A DNA stretch of 64,000 bases from Felis catus (Eukaryota), in contig NC_058368.1 of the NCBI RefSeq assembly GCF_018350175.1, forward strand, positions 70,930,001 to 70,994,000, written 5' to 3'. Shown piece by piece: positions 11,501-23,495 of this stretch. Each line of letters starts with the position of its first letter. Position 1 is the stretch's first letter. The notes under the pieces are model-generated. The model ran no database searches, was not told the origin of the DNA, and saw only the letters and a program-made list of their open reading frames with translations. The translations under genes were made by a program, and so were the position numbers.

Positions 11501-13579
11501 AAAAAATTGTCTGGTTATCTTGCTCTCTGGCTAACCTATTTCATCTCTCTTGCTATTATCATAGAAAACTGTGAATCAAGTCACAAGTAAACCAAAATAT
11601 AGCTTATGGAAAGATTCACCTCTTAATTTTTAATTTTATTCCCGTTGTATTTACACTAAAAATGTTACTGTCTGAATTTAATCTGCTCATTCCATCAAAA
11701 ACGAAGTAACAATATATATTCAATAAGAGTGGTTTTTTGCTTAACTATACTGGCATTAAAATTTAAAACTTAATAAAAAGAGTGGTATTGGGGGGAGAAC
11801 TAAAAATAAGGAAAATAAAAGCTCTTTTGCACTTCAAGATGATACATGCTAAATGTGGCACTGAATTAAGAAAAACAAAAACAAAAACCTGAGCTCCCCT
11901 AAAATTAAAGCAATTTCTAGGAAGTCTTGCCTTAAATAGATATTTAAAGGAATTAATGCCTGTGGCACATTACACATACTTAAAAACAAACAAAAAAAAA
12001 AACTATGTTAGAAAAGCTTCATGATCACATCCATATGTTTAGTTTTAATTTTTATCACATTTAGCTCTGAATAATTAAGAAGAAAAAAAAAACAATCTTA
12101 ATCTTATTGTGAGTCCGACACAATCAAAGCCACATACACGTGATTCGTGATCACAGCTTGTATTCACAGCTTTCGTGTGTGTGGTATGGGTCTGGCAATT
12201 AGACTCAGACTGTGTTTTTTTTCTAAAAATTATTCAGTGCTAGAGAGAGATCAATATTAAATCCTCCCAAAATCTACAAATCAGGATAATCAAAGGTCTA
12301 TAGCTAACGAAATATCAAAATTCTAAGCTATGTAACATTTTGGCCTTATTTCATTGAGATTGACACTTGAAAGGAATTTTTGAGAGAATCTAGGAAGAAA
12401 ATGGAGATTCCATTAACCCACATCATTTTCGTGACAGTTACAAAAAAAATTTTAAGACATGGAAAGAACTATTTTCTCAAAATTGTAGAGCCATTTTCTG
12501 GAGGGAAAAAAAATCTCCCATGATTACTTTCATATCAAAGAACCGGTCATGGGGGAAATGCATTAATTTGACACATTTAGCAGCCTTTGAGCTTTTGAAG
12601 AACTCTGTGAAAGAATCCATGGTTACATCTGTCAGGTTGACAGTCTTCTTTCGTGACCTTTAAAAAAAAAGTTAAGGAGAAATTGATCTTTCTAGTTCAC
12701 AGTTGCTCAGTTACCTCTAAAGCTCTGTCGGGAAATAATCATCCCAGCTTTAAATTTATTATTTTTGAGGTAGAATAACCCAGTTACTAATGGAATCTCT
12801 AAATGGAGATATTTTGTGAATGGCCTTTTTTGTGAAATTTTCTGGTGGTCCTATGGGAATGTTTCCTAAACTATCCACGCTGGCTGTTTTAATACATTAA
12901 CTACTCAATACTATCGTTTCTGCAACGTGTTTTAGAATCAGATCTTCTTAGGGATGCAAACAATGAACTATCTAAACAGAAGGCTGTTTGGTCAGGAATG
13001 GAACGAGTATGCACTTTATTGCTCACGCTCAGAGATTCATGATCCAGAATTCCAAATCGTCTCTACAGAGGCAAAGGGAAATCAGATGGTGTGCCCTTTA
13101 GGTTTTAATTACAATTCACCAAAACTCCCTGTTCTGTGCTTGACAGGTACTATCTATCTAGTTCCCGATGCTGGGATCACACATGGAAATTCATCTATCA
13201 AATCTCTGTGGGTCCTGAGTGTCATTCCTGGACCAAGTTCTCAGCAACATCAACAGTTAACTATTAATGGACAACATCCTTGGACTTCTTTGTGTTTCTA
13301 GGAGCCCTGGGTGGAAGCAGCCCAGAAACAGAAGAGATGCTAATCGCATTGTGTTCTTAAACGTGTTCAGTGAAGGAGTGCAGGTTTCCCTCTTGACCTC
13401 GGTGTCACTCCAAGAAAAAAATCCCTCCAGTTTTCTGTTCAGATAAAACTTCTGCTCCTCCTTCTCTCACCAAAAGTAGAGCAAGAAAGTGGGATTACTG
13501 CGAATGCCCAGTAACAGGCACATGCTCTATTGTCATCCCCTCCTCAACACAAAACAAGGAGCTTTGAGGAAAAACAAAG

Positions 13580-13838
13580 CTCTTCTCATCTTGCCTCCCC
13601 TCCCCCACTGTCCCTTTCTGCCCCTCACTTCCGCCTGCCTTCCTTCACTCCCACTTTTCTCATCCACCCCAACTTTCCCGCAGGTCCCAGCTTTCTCCAC
13701 CTTCTTTTACTTTTCCTCATTCTCTTCCTCTCCCTCATCTCCTTTCAATAGCCTCCCCCCTCCTCTTTCTCCTTGTCTGCTGCTGGACTGGCTGGGCTTA
13801 GCCAGTACCGAGCTCTTATCTCCCCTCCTCTTCCTCTC
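13580..13838. repeat. CT-rich low-complexity polypyrimidine tract
   Basis: About 250 bp strongly dominated by C and T on the + strand. Confidence 0.75.
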
Positions 13839-13855
13839 AGAAAAATGGCAATGTT

Positions 13856-14085
13856 GGGGTACCTGGGTGGCTCAGTTGGTTAAGCATCCCATTTCGGCTC
13901 AGGTCATGATCTCCCGGTTTGTGGGTTCATGCCCTGCTTAGGACTCTGTGCTGACAGCTTGGAGCCTGGAGCCTGCTTCAGATTCTGTGTCTCCCTCTCT
14001 CTCTGCCCCTCCCCTGCTTGTGCTCTGTTTCTCTGTCTCTCTCTCTCACGAGAATAAACAAACATTAATTTTTTTTTTTTTTTTT
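13856..14085 (+). mobile_element. CanSINE
   Basis: TSD gaaaaatggcaatgtt / gaaaaatagcagtgtt. Confidence 0.92.
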
Positions 14086-14559
14086 GAAAAATAGCAGTGT
14101 TTACCCTCACAGGTACTGCCAGTTGCCTCAGCCTCACAGGCAGAGCAACTCTGCAAGGTGCCTGTGCCACAGTTAGAAATAAAGACTAATCCATAAGGCA
14201 TGTAAAGGTGGGTCTCCATTCTCATGGAAAACTTGCCCTCTTCCTTGGGACCCATTAATGGTCACACCATTGTAGGTATTTCTCCTTGGGACTTTTCCCC
14301 ATACACGCTGTGAATGTGTGGAGAACCAGAGTTCTGCAGCCACGCCAGGCCCAAGATGCATGCGCAACTGAGGGTCTGCTGGACGCAGAGCTTCTTGTCC
14401 ACATTTGCTCAGCCCACAGCCCTTACCGAACAAGAGCCCACGTGGTAGACTCGGTATTTATTGGATACATGATCGATACTGAATTTGATCAATGCATTTG
14501 TGTTTATGAAATGATAGCATGGATATGACAAGGAAAACAGATTTGGTAACTTTTGTTTT

Positions 14560-15080
14560 CATTGTGGTAAAATATACATAATATACAGTTCTCCATTTTA
14601 ACTCCTTTAAAGTGGACTGTTCAGTGACATTAAGGACATTCTCAGTGTTGTGCAGCCATCACCGTCATCTCTAGAACTTATCATCTTCTCAAACTGAAAC
14701 TCTGTATCCATTAAAGAACTCCCCATCCCCCTTCCATCCCCATTCTACTTCCTGTCTCTGAATTTGACTACTCTAAGTACCTCTTATAGGTAGAATCATA
14801 CAGTATTTGTGCTTTTTTTTTTTTTAATTTTTTAACATTTATTTATTTTTGAGACAGAGAGAGACAGAGCATGAACAGGGGAGGGGCAGAGAGAGAGGGA
14901 GACATAGAATCGGAAACAGGCTCCAGGCTCTGAGCCATCAGCCCAGAGCCCGACGCGGGGCTCAAACTCACGGACCGCGAGATCGTGACCTGAGCTGAAG
15001 TCGGACGCTTAACCGACTGAGCCACCCAGGCGCCCCAGTATTTGTGCTTTTGTGTCTGGCTTATGTCACTGAGCATAATG
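14560..15080 (-). mobile_element. L1M (L1MB-like) 3' end, interrupted by a SINE
   Basis: attgtggtaaaatatacataa...ttgtgcagccatcacc...tagaatcatacagtatttgt is typical of an antisense L1MB 3' UTR. Confidence 0.8.
14817..15036 (-). mobile_element. Young SINEC_Fc-type element
   Basis: CpG-rich; perfect TSD agtatttgtgctttt at 14802-14816 and 15037-15051. Confidence 0.95.
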
Positions 15081-16176
15081 AGAATCTTAAATTTTTGACA
15101 TGGATGTTTGTTTTCTTGTTCTGTGTGAAAAAAGACACCTGTTGTAGGGGTCTCTTGCTTTGCCTTTTGGTTTTCTGATGGTCTGAGGAGGCAGAGATCT
15201 GCCCTGAAACAGCATGACACAAACTTTACCAAACTGGGCATAAATACAGACTTTTTCCTCCCTACCACTGCTTTAGGATAAAGTCTGCCCTTTATTCCAT
15301 CTCCTCCCCTCTGTTTCTGGGGTTCCATGGCAAGGATAGGTTAAAAGGGAGTTCCCTCACTAGTCCCCCTCTTTGTACATGGCACCTCACAATGGCTGAA
15401 AGACTGGCCCACAGCCTCTGGGTTGCCCCATCAGTGCCCCCACAGTGAACCACAAACTGCTATCTTGTGTGTCTACTTTGGACACAAAAAACTATTTCTT
15501 CATTTCAGTACAAAATGGAGCACTTGATTCAGGTGCAATATAATTGCTTCATGAGAGTTTGCCCTGAAAATGTCTTCTCGGCTTTTCTGAAGTGGGCTGC
15601 ACGCTTATTTGTATTAGCACCACATGCTAATCTCACGAATGGCCCTGTTCTGCCAATGGGAGAACAAATAGCTGTTCTTTTACTCTCGTGCCCGGGGAAA
15701 GCTCCCTCCTTCTCTGTACACTGTTGCCATAGTAACGGAAACAGTTCCTCAGAATAGGGAATCTTTCTGGGCAGTTGGGAACTTAGCAAAGTAAGAACGT
15801 AAGTAGGCCTCAGTTATTATAGATGCTTGCATAAATACCTATTAAGTCATAAGCATAGTTGAAATTCATAGGTGAATTTTACTGTCTTTTGTAGGGATGG
15901 GAAAATATCAGTTAATGGGCTCTTATCCTCACTCTAGTTGCAAGCATTCTTCCGTAAGCATCAGAATTGGCATTTGAGGTCAGACCCGTGGGCCATGCAA
16001 CACGTAACTCAGTTTTTCCCAATGTATGAACTTAGAAGAGGCATGATATAGCTCAATTATACTCCTCCAACCCTTCAAAGGATTGAAGATCCAGCCCCAA
16101 GTAGAAGAATCCATCAGGAATCTGTCATATACCTTGGATTTGTGCAGACTTTTCTGTAAGAATTTTTTATTTTACT

Positions 16177-16674
16177 TTATTATTTTTTTTAAGTGAACTG
16201 TATGCCCAGTGTGGGGCTCAAACTCACAAGCCTGAGATCAAGAGTTGCATGCCCTGCTGAGCAGCAAGACACCCAAGAAATTTTTATTTTTAACCTTGGT
16301 CAGCTCTTAGAGTCAAAATCCCTTTATTTCTTGTTTTCTTTTTTAAAATATTCTATTTTTTAGTAATCTCTACACTAACATGGGGCTTGAACTTACAACC
16401 CTGAGATCAAGAGCCTCACAGTCTACTGACTGAGCCAGCCAGGTGTCCCGAGTCAAAATCTCTTTAATTTTTTTTTTTAATGTTATTTATTTTTGAAGGA
16501 GAGAGGGAGCATGAGCGGGGGAGGAGCAGAGAGAAAGGGAGACACAGAATCTAAAGCAGGCTCCAGGTTTTGAGCTGTCAGCACAGAGCCCAGTGCGGGG
16601 CCTGAACTCAATCCGTGAGATCATGACCTGAGCCGGAGTCGGACATTTAACTGACTGAGGCACCCAGGTGCCCC
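16177..16674 (-). mobile_element. Cluster of three antisense CanSINEs (two short head-only types, one full length)
   Basis: Elements at about 16177-16274, 16330-16449 and 16467-16674; the target tcaaaatcYcttta occurs three times. Confidence 0.88.
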
Positions 16675-16943
16675 TCAAAATCTCTTTAAAAGAACTTAAA
16701 GGGCCATATCATTTCTGCACAATATCCTAAATAAGAATTTATTGATGTATAATTTTTAAATGATGCCTTGTTTTCTTATTATTTCTCATATTTATGAACA
16801 AATGAAAATTTACCATAACTTAAAATTTTTGGAAGGAAATTTCTAAAGGGCACATAAAAGTTCTTTTTCTGAACTGAAGTTATCCAAACTTCAGTAATTA
16901 CTGGAATCAGTTGCAGCATAAAATGCTTTAAAGTAATATCTGA

Positions 16944-17167
16944 GGGGCGCCTGGGTGGCGCAGTCGGTTAAGCATCCGACTTCAGCCAGGTCACGATCTC
17001 GCGGTCCGGGAGTTCGAGCCCCGCGTCAGGCTCTGGGCTGATGGCTCAGAGCCTGGAGCCTGTTTCTGATTCTGTGTCTCCCTCTCTCTCTGCCCCTCCC
17101 CCGTTCATGCTCTGTCTCTCTCTGTCCCAAAAATAAAAATAAACGTTGAAAAAAAAATTTAAAAACA
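16944..17167 (+). mobile_element. Young SINEC_Fc-type element
   Basis: Perfect TSD taaagtaatatctga at 16929-16943 and 17168-17182. Confidence 0.95.
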
Positions 17168-17184
17168 TAAAGTAATATCTGAGT

Positions 17185-17795
17185 GGAGATGTAAAATTGG
17201 AAAGCAGTATGAGAGTTCCTTAAAAAAATTAAATATAGAATTAATATATGATCTAGCAATTCCACTTCTGGGTAAGTACCCAGAATCATTGAAGGCAGAT
17301 ACTCAAACAGATACTTGTGCACCAGTGTTCATAATAGCATTATTCACAGTAGTACAAAGGTAGAAATAACCCAAAGGTCCACCAACGGGTGAATAGATAA
17401 ACAAATTGGTACCTCCATACAATGGACTATTATTCAGCCTTAAAAAGGAAGGAAATTCTGACACGTGCTACAACATGGATGACCCTTGAGGACATTATGC
17501 TCTGAAATAAGGCAGACACAAAAAGGCAAATGTATGATTACATTTCTAGGAGGTACCCAGAGTAGTAAAATTCATGAAGACAGAACATAGAATGGTGGTC
17601 ACCAGGGACTGGGGGAAGGGGAGTAGGGGAGTTAATGTCTAATGGGCATGGATTTTCAGTTTGGAAAGATAAAATGTTCTGGAGATGGATGGTAGTGATG
17701 GCTGCACAATGTACTTCATGCCACTGAATTATATGGTTAAAAATGTTTAAAATGGTGACTCTGGTGTTTATATATTTTGCCTTAATAAAAAAAAA
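17185..17795 (+). mobile_element. L1MB-like ORF2 end and 3' UTR
   Basis: gatctagcaattccacttctgggta...tattattcagccttaaaaaggaaggaaattctgacac...A tail. Confidence 0.88.
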
Positions 17796-17954
17796 ATTGA
17801 CATGACAGGAGTATAAAATGTTAGAATATAGGTCAGCTCCAGGTGGGGAATGCCGATTTTAAAGGATTAATACAATCCATAGACTGTTTCATCATTGTTC
17901 AAATAAGGTCATTATAAACTTTCCCCCATGGCTTCACATATCCAGTACCCTTCT

Positions 17955-18070
17955 TTCTTTTCTTAAGATTTTATTTTTTTAAGTAATCTCTGCACCCACC
18001 ATGGGGCTCAAACTCACAACCCTGAAATCAAGAGTCATATGCTCCACCAACTGAGCCAGTCAGGTGCCCC
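17955..18070 (-). mobile_element. Short CanSINE
   Basis: aagtaatctctgcaccc...gagccagtcaggtgcccc. Confidence 0.85.
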
Positions 18071-18563
18071 TCCAGTCCCTTTCCATGGCAGCCTTCACTC
18101 ACAACATCACATCTCTTCTTCTTGAATGTCCAAAACCATGGTATAAAAAGTAAAAAGGGTTGTGCAGGAGCACATGGCAGGCTAGGCAGTCTGCTGCATT
18201 GCTGGTGGGAATAGAATTTAGTACCTTTTGGAAAGATAGTTTGGTGAAATCTGCAAAGAGCATTACAAGGGTCATGCCTGCTATCATTTTTAGCCTTCTG
18301 AGGACAGAGGCTAATGGAAATATGTGGCGTTTTCTCCTTGAACACTGGGTCCCCAGCCCACCACCCAGCTAGCCCTGAGTCTGTTCTTCCCTGCATTAGC
18401 TTACTTATCCTGAGTCCCTCTATATGCGACACACATTGCTGAGAGTACACATATAGGAGTGACACAGATCAGGCACCTGCTCCCCAGGATCCTATGCACT
18501 GGAGTGTAGAGTTGTATGTGCCCAACAGTAGCTGGGGCTGACTTTGGCAGAAAAAGAATTTCT

Positions 18564-18782
18564 TTTTTTTTTTTTTTAAACGTTTATTTATTTTTTTGGG
18601 ACAGAGAGAGACAGAGCATGAACGGGGGAGGGGCAGAGAGAGAGGGAAACACAGAATCAGAAACAGGCTCCAGGCTCTGAGCCATCAGCCCAGAGCCCGA
18701 CGCGGGGCTTGAACTCACGGACCGCGAGATCGTGACCTGGTTGAAGTCGGATACTTAACCGACTGCACCACTCAGGCGCCCC
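18564..18782 (-). mobile_element. Young SINEC_Fc-type element
   Basis: Perfect 18-bp TSD ggcagaaaaagaatttct at 18546-18563 and 18783-18800. Confidence 0.95.
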
Positions 18783-19228
18783 GGCAGAAAAAGAATTTCT
18801 GAGAGCGGTGTGGGCAGGCTGGAGAGCCGAGCTTGGAAAACAGGCAGTGACAAACACCTGAGAACACGGCCAAAGTCAGGCCAAGATACCCTCTCCTGCT
18901 GCCCTCAGCTCTGACATCTCTGGCCCCGCCATCCTTGGGCACTTGCTATGGCCACCTCCCTCCTTTGCCACTACCGGGATGGGAAAAGTCTTCCCTGTCC
19001 TCCATTTTGCCTCAGCCTCTCAAGGCTCCAGTGCCTGTCTGTAGCATCTCAGTGGCCACACTGTGCCATGCATCCTCACCCTTGCTTTTGAGCCCTTGGG
19101 TTGTCTACTCTTCATCCACCAAATAGGAAGGATGTTACTATATGGGATACCTGAAATGGAAAAATTCTGTTCTGTGGAAGAGACAATAAATAGGCAGTAA
19201 AAGAAAGACAATAAAAAGTCAACAGGCT

Positions 19229-19435
19229 GGGGCACCTGGGTGGCTCAGTCAGTTGAGCATCTGACTTGATTTCAGCTCAGGTCATGATCCCAGGGTTGTT
19301 GGAATTGAGCCCCGTCGAGTTCCACACTGAGCATGGAGCCTGCTTAAGATTCTCTCTCTCCCTCTCTTTCTGCCTCTCCTCTGCTCACCTGCTGTCTTGT
19401 GCTCTCTCTCTCAAAATAAATCTAAAAAAAAAAAA
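19229..19435 (+). mobile_element. CanSINE
   Basis: TSD aaaaagtcaacaggc. Confidence 0.92.
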
Positions 19436-19449
19436 AAAAAGTCAACAGG

Positions 19450-19990
19450 CCAATAATTAATTCATTTCAAAAGGAGAAAGCCTGTGAAAGGAACAAATAG
19501 GAATATGGAGTTGAGAATCAGGAGTTTGATTTAGATAAAGGGGTTGGTGAAGCTTTTGCTGAGGAGGTAACATTTAGACTTGAAGGATGAGAAGGAAACA
19601 TTCATGCTTGGATCCGGAAGAAGAACCTTCCAGAGAGGTGATAGCATGTGGGAAGGTTCTGAGATAGGCAGGAAAAGTATGGCTCAATCAGGGAACTGGG
19701 AACAGATCCCTGTGATGGAGGGTAGTAGCAGAGGGGGATGGGTGGGCTGGCAGCCAGGGGCTTGTTGGCCAGGGTAAGGTATTTAGGTTTTAATGTGAGA
19801 ACACCTGAAAGCCATTAAAGGATTTGGAGCAGAGGACTATCATGATCGCATTAACATTTGTAAAGGTCCACCCTGACTGTGGTGTGGGGGAGGAGGCTGG
19901 ACAGGGCAGAGAGGACCTGGGATGACGATGGGGTCTTGGGGCAAGATGGGGAGATACAGTGTGAAGGTGTGTGGAAGGCATGACTGGTTA
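19450..19990 (-). mobile_element. L2 fragment
   Basis: ctgaggaggtaacatttagacttgaaggatgag...gccattaaaggatttggagcagagg...taaaggtccaccctgactg is typical of L2. Confidence 0.65.
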
Positions 19991-19999
19991 TGTAGGAAT

Positions 20000-20046
20000 T
20001 GTTTTTGGGTTCTCCAGAGAAGCAGAGCCAATGGGATATATCTTTG

Positions 20047-20099
<53 letters not shown>

Positions 20100-20535
20100 A
20101 GTTATACATGTATTATAAGGAATTGGCTCACGCATTTATGAAGGCTGACAAGTCCCAAGATCTGTAGTCAGCAAGTGGGAGGCCCAGGATGGCCAATGTT
20201 ATAGTTGCAGTCTGAAGGCCAGCAGGCTTGAGACCCACGAAGAATTGATGTCTCAGTCTGAGTCCAAAGGCAGGAAAAGAAATTCATGTCCCAGCTGGAA
20301 GACAGGTAGGAGGAATTCCTTGTATTTGGATTGAGTGCCAACCTTTTTGTTCGATTCAGACCGTTAACTGATTGGCTAGGGCTCACCCACCTTAGGGAAA
20401 GCAGTGTTTTGCTCATTCTACCAATTCTGATGTTAATCTTGTGCAGAAACAATTTCACAGACACACCCAGAATGTTTGGCCAAATATTTGGGCACCCATA
20501 GGCCTGTTAAATTGACACGTAAAATTAACCATCTT
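20000..20535 (-). mobile_element. MLT2-type ERVL solo LTR containing (TG)n
   Basis: gggttctccagagaagcagagccaat...aaggaattggctcacg...ttgacacgtaaaattaaccatc; (TG)n at about 20048-20096. Confidence 0.85.
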
Positions 20536-21848
20536 AGTATTATTAAAGTCCTATTATAAAGGCACTGGTAAACAGCTTGAATACATCATTGAATGTATGG
20601 TCAATACTGAGGTTGATCAGTACACTAAAATTTTTTGTTTGACAAATTTACTTGAATTTAACAAAATGATTTAGAATTAATTATGTGACCTAAGTTATTA
20701 TTATCTTTATAATAATTGCTTTTTAACTTGGTTTTGAATTTAAGAAGTGATGTAATGACCCTGAATCAAGTTCTTATCTTCACTTGGTCAAGTCTGGACT
20801 GCCATTTAGATGATTCAAAGAGAGTATTAGATTCTGAACTTAAGGGATCAAAACATTTGTGTTTATGAAATGACAGTAGGGATGTGACAAGGGAAACACT
20901 CAGAAGTCCTTGGCCTTCCATGTTTCCAGCTGAGCCTGCCAGCCTGTGGTGCTTGCTGAGGGTCACCCACGGGTGAGGCAAAGTCATCTTAGAGCTGGCT
21001 ATCAGGGTCAAGGATAAGATGTGGAGTACTCAGAGAGGGTCTCTGGACCTTGGTCCCCATGTTTTGCCCAACATTGGCTTCAGAGAACTTCTGCTTGTGA
21101 AAAGAGATCTCTCCAGGCCTCATCCCTCTTCCTGCTCTGCCCACCCAACATTCTGGATTTGGACACTTGCCTGCTTTATCGTTGTGCTTTTTCCAGGGAT
21201 CTGATCCCCTAGTGATAACTAGAAGCAGATCTGGGGTTGAAAGCAGCGTCCAGCCAACAGGCCCCAGTCCCTGACCTGTGTGTACTGACATAAACTCCTC
21301 CCTTCCCCAGGTCATCCATTGTCAACATTTTCTAACAAAATTTAATATGATATAATAAAATCTAATTGCTATTTAAAAAACTCCAGTTGCTGTATAAACA
21401 CATTTCACGTAAATAAAAATACATTTGTTAAATAAGCCAACAGTGAGTTGGCCCAGCGTTTGTAAAACTGTCTGATCTACAGGGCTCTTCCTGGAATATG
21501 AGTTCATTATAACTTCAGAAGCAAAACAGCATGAGTTTGGACGCTTTGTTAGAGCACTGGTGGGCTCTCAGGAAACGAGAGGCTGGGTGACTGGTTTTTG
21601 TTAACTTGGGATTCTGTCTGTACTACGTTCAATTTAGTCCTTCTTTTTCAAGATTTGGGAATTTCCCTTCAGATCTAGTTTGTTGAGTGTTTTTATCATA
21701 AAAAAATTGTCAATTGCTTTTTTCTGCATCTGTTGAGATGATTGTGTGATTTTTATGAAAACTGTAAATTCGAGTTAAATTGGCTCCAAGTAAGGGTTAA
21801 TGTGACTCCTTGGAAAATACAGAGTGGGTAAGATTCATCAGGATCCCT

Positions 21849-22045
21849 GGGGCGCCTGGGTGGCTCAATCAGTTAAGTGTCCGACTTGGGCTTAGGTCAT
21901 GATCTTGCAGTTTGTGAGTTCAAGCCCTGTATTGGGCTCTGTGCTGACAGCTCAGAGCCTGGAGCCTGCCTCAGATTCTGTGTCTCCCTCTCTCTCTGGC
22001 CCTCCCCACTCCCTCTCAAAAATAAATAAACATTAAAAAAAAAAA
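21849..22045 (+). mobile_element. CanSINE
   Basis: Head, body and A tail; degenerate TSD aagattca... Confidence 0.92.
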
Positions 22046-22829
22046 AAGATTCAGCAAGATACCTGGGTCCAAGTCAGGGGCACTGTAGCAAAACTCAACT
22101 GATGCAACCGTTTGGTTGCCTCAGGGGTCATGGGTCATGAGAAACTACTAAGTAAGAGTACAGTGTCGCTCGTCTTGGAGTACTCTTCCTCACTGCATTG
22201 CACTGAGGATGAGTAGAAGTTCCTAAAGAGTTGGAGGCCAGGCAGAATCTTCCCCCAGTTTCATCACTTGGACTCCCCCCATCAATCTCCCGGCCAGCAA
22301 ACTGTGCTCAGCATCCAGAGTAGCTTTGAGTCCTATTGGTGGTGGAGATTTTGTTTACTTTAAACCCCCGTCCTCTCTCACTCCACTTCCTGGGAGCTCC
22401 AGATCCAGCCCCTCAAGCTATCGGAAATAAGAAAACTTCCTTCTCTGTTAACAAAGGCAAGCTTATCATTTCACTGTGGACTTGGTCCATACTTGGACTT
22501 CACACTTGGACTCTAATTTGAAGCTCCAAGTTGATCAGGGACTTCATGGCTGTTCACTTACCACCACCACCTTCAAGCCCCTGCAGGTGGTGGCCACTGA
22601 TTTAGTGGGTGGGGGATGGTATAGAACATCATGGTTTCCAAGCAAAGAAAACCACAATGCCTCTCAGCAGTATCATTCCCCAGTCACTTGGGTATTGGGA
22701 AATCACGCAGTTGGTACTCAACTCGTGGCCTAAATATGGTAGGATTCAATTCTGGCAACTGTTGAAGTCCAACAACCTTCAGTCCTTTCTAGGATCAGTA
22801 AGACACTTTGGTTGTACTTGCAAACCCTG

Positions 22830-23010
22830 CTGCAGAGGTTCCCTCTCTTGACTGCACTTGGACTCTCCTTGGAAGCTTTCAAGAAACACTGATGCCTGAA
22901 ACTCACTGTGAGGCTCTGATTTAATTGGGTTAGGGTGTGTGGACTGGGATTTTTTTCTTTTTCTAAGTTCCCCAGGTGATCATAATGTGCAGCCACAGTA
23001 GAGACCTCTG
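22830..23010. mobile_element. MER5-like hAT-Charlie MITE
   Basis: tctgatttaattgggttaggg...aagttccccaggtgatcataatgtgcagcca. Confidence 0.7.
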
Positions 23011-23339
23011 TACTAGCCATTAGCTACATAAAGAAACCACCAAGTTGGGTTCAGAAATAACATACCAAATTGCACATCTTAAAGTGGACATTGGCTTAGT
23101 TGATTATTACCATTATTTCAAATATTGTCAGCAGTTTGTGTGTTAATTTTCTTTTTAGAAACATTTTTCTTTAAATGTGGATTTTTTTTTTCTGGTTTGA
23201 TGCATTTTCAGTTATGATCTTATTTTCATAGCATCTGCTTGTATATAATGGTAGCACATGACTCAAGAGAAATTTTTGTTGGAGCAAAATTTCCTGTATT
23301 AGGGCAGTGACTGCACATTGGAATCATGTGGCGACGGTC

Positions 23340-23495
23340 GTCCTCCAACTGAGCTGCACGTCAGAATCACGTAGGGAGCTTTTAGAAGTCCAAGAGCCAG
23401 GCTTTATCTCAGACCAATGATGCCAAATTTTCTGTGGCTGGAGCTTTAATGTCAGCATATTTGAAAGTTCCCCAGATGATTTCAAGTAGTTACTA
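23340..23495. mobile_element. MER5-like hAT-Charlie MITE
   Basis: ctgcacgtcagaatcacgtagggagctttt...aagttcccagatgatt. Confidence 0.6.

Noticed and set aside
12130..12184. Possible pre-miRNA hairpin (ccacatacacg...cgtgtgtgtgg)
   Set aside because: The stem is only about 11 bp of low-complexity CA/TG with a poorly paired interior.
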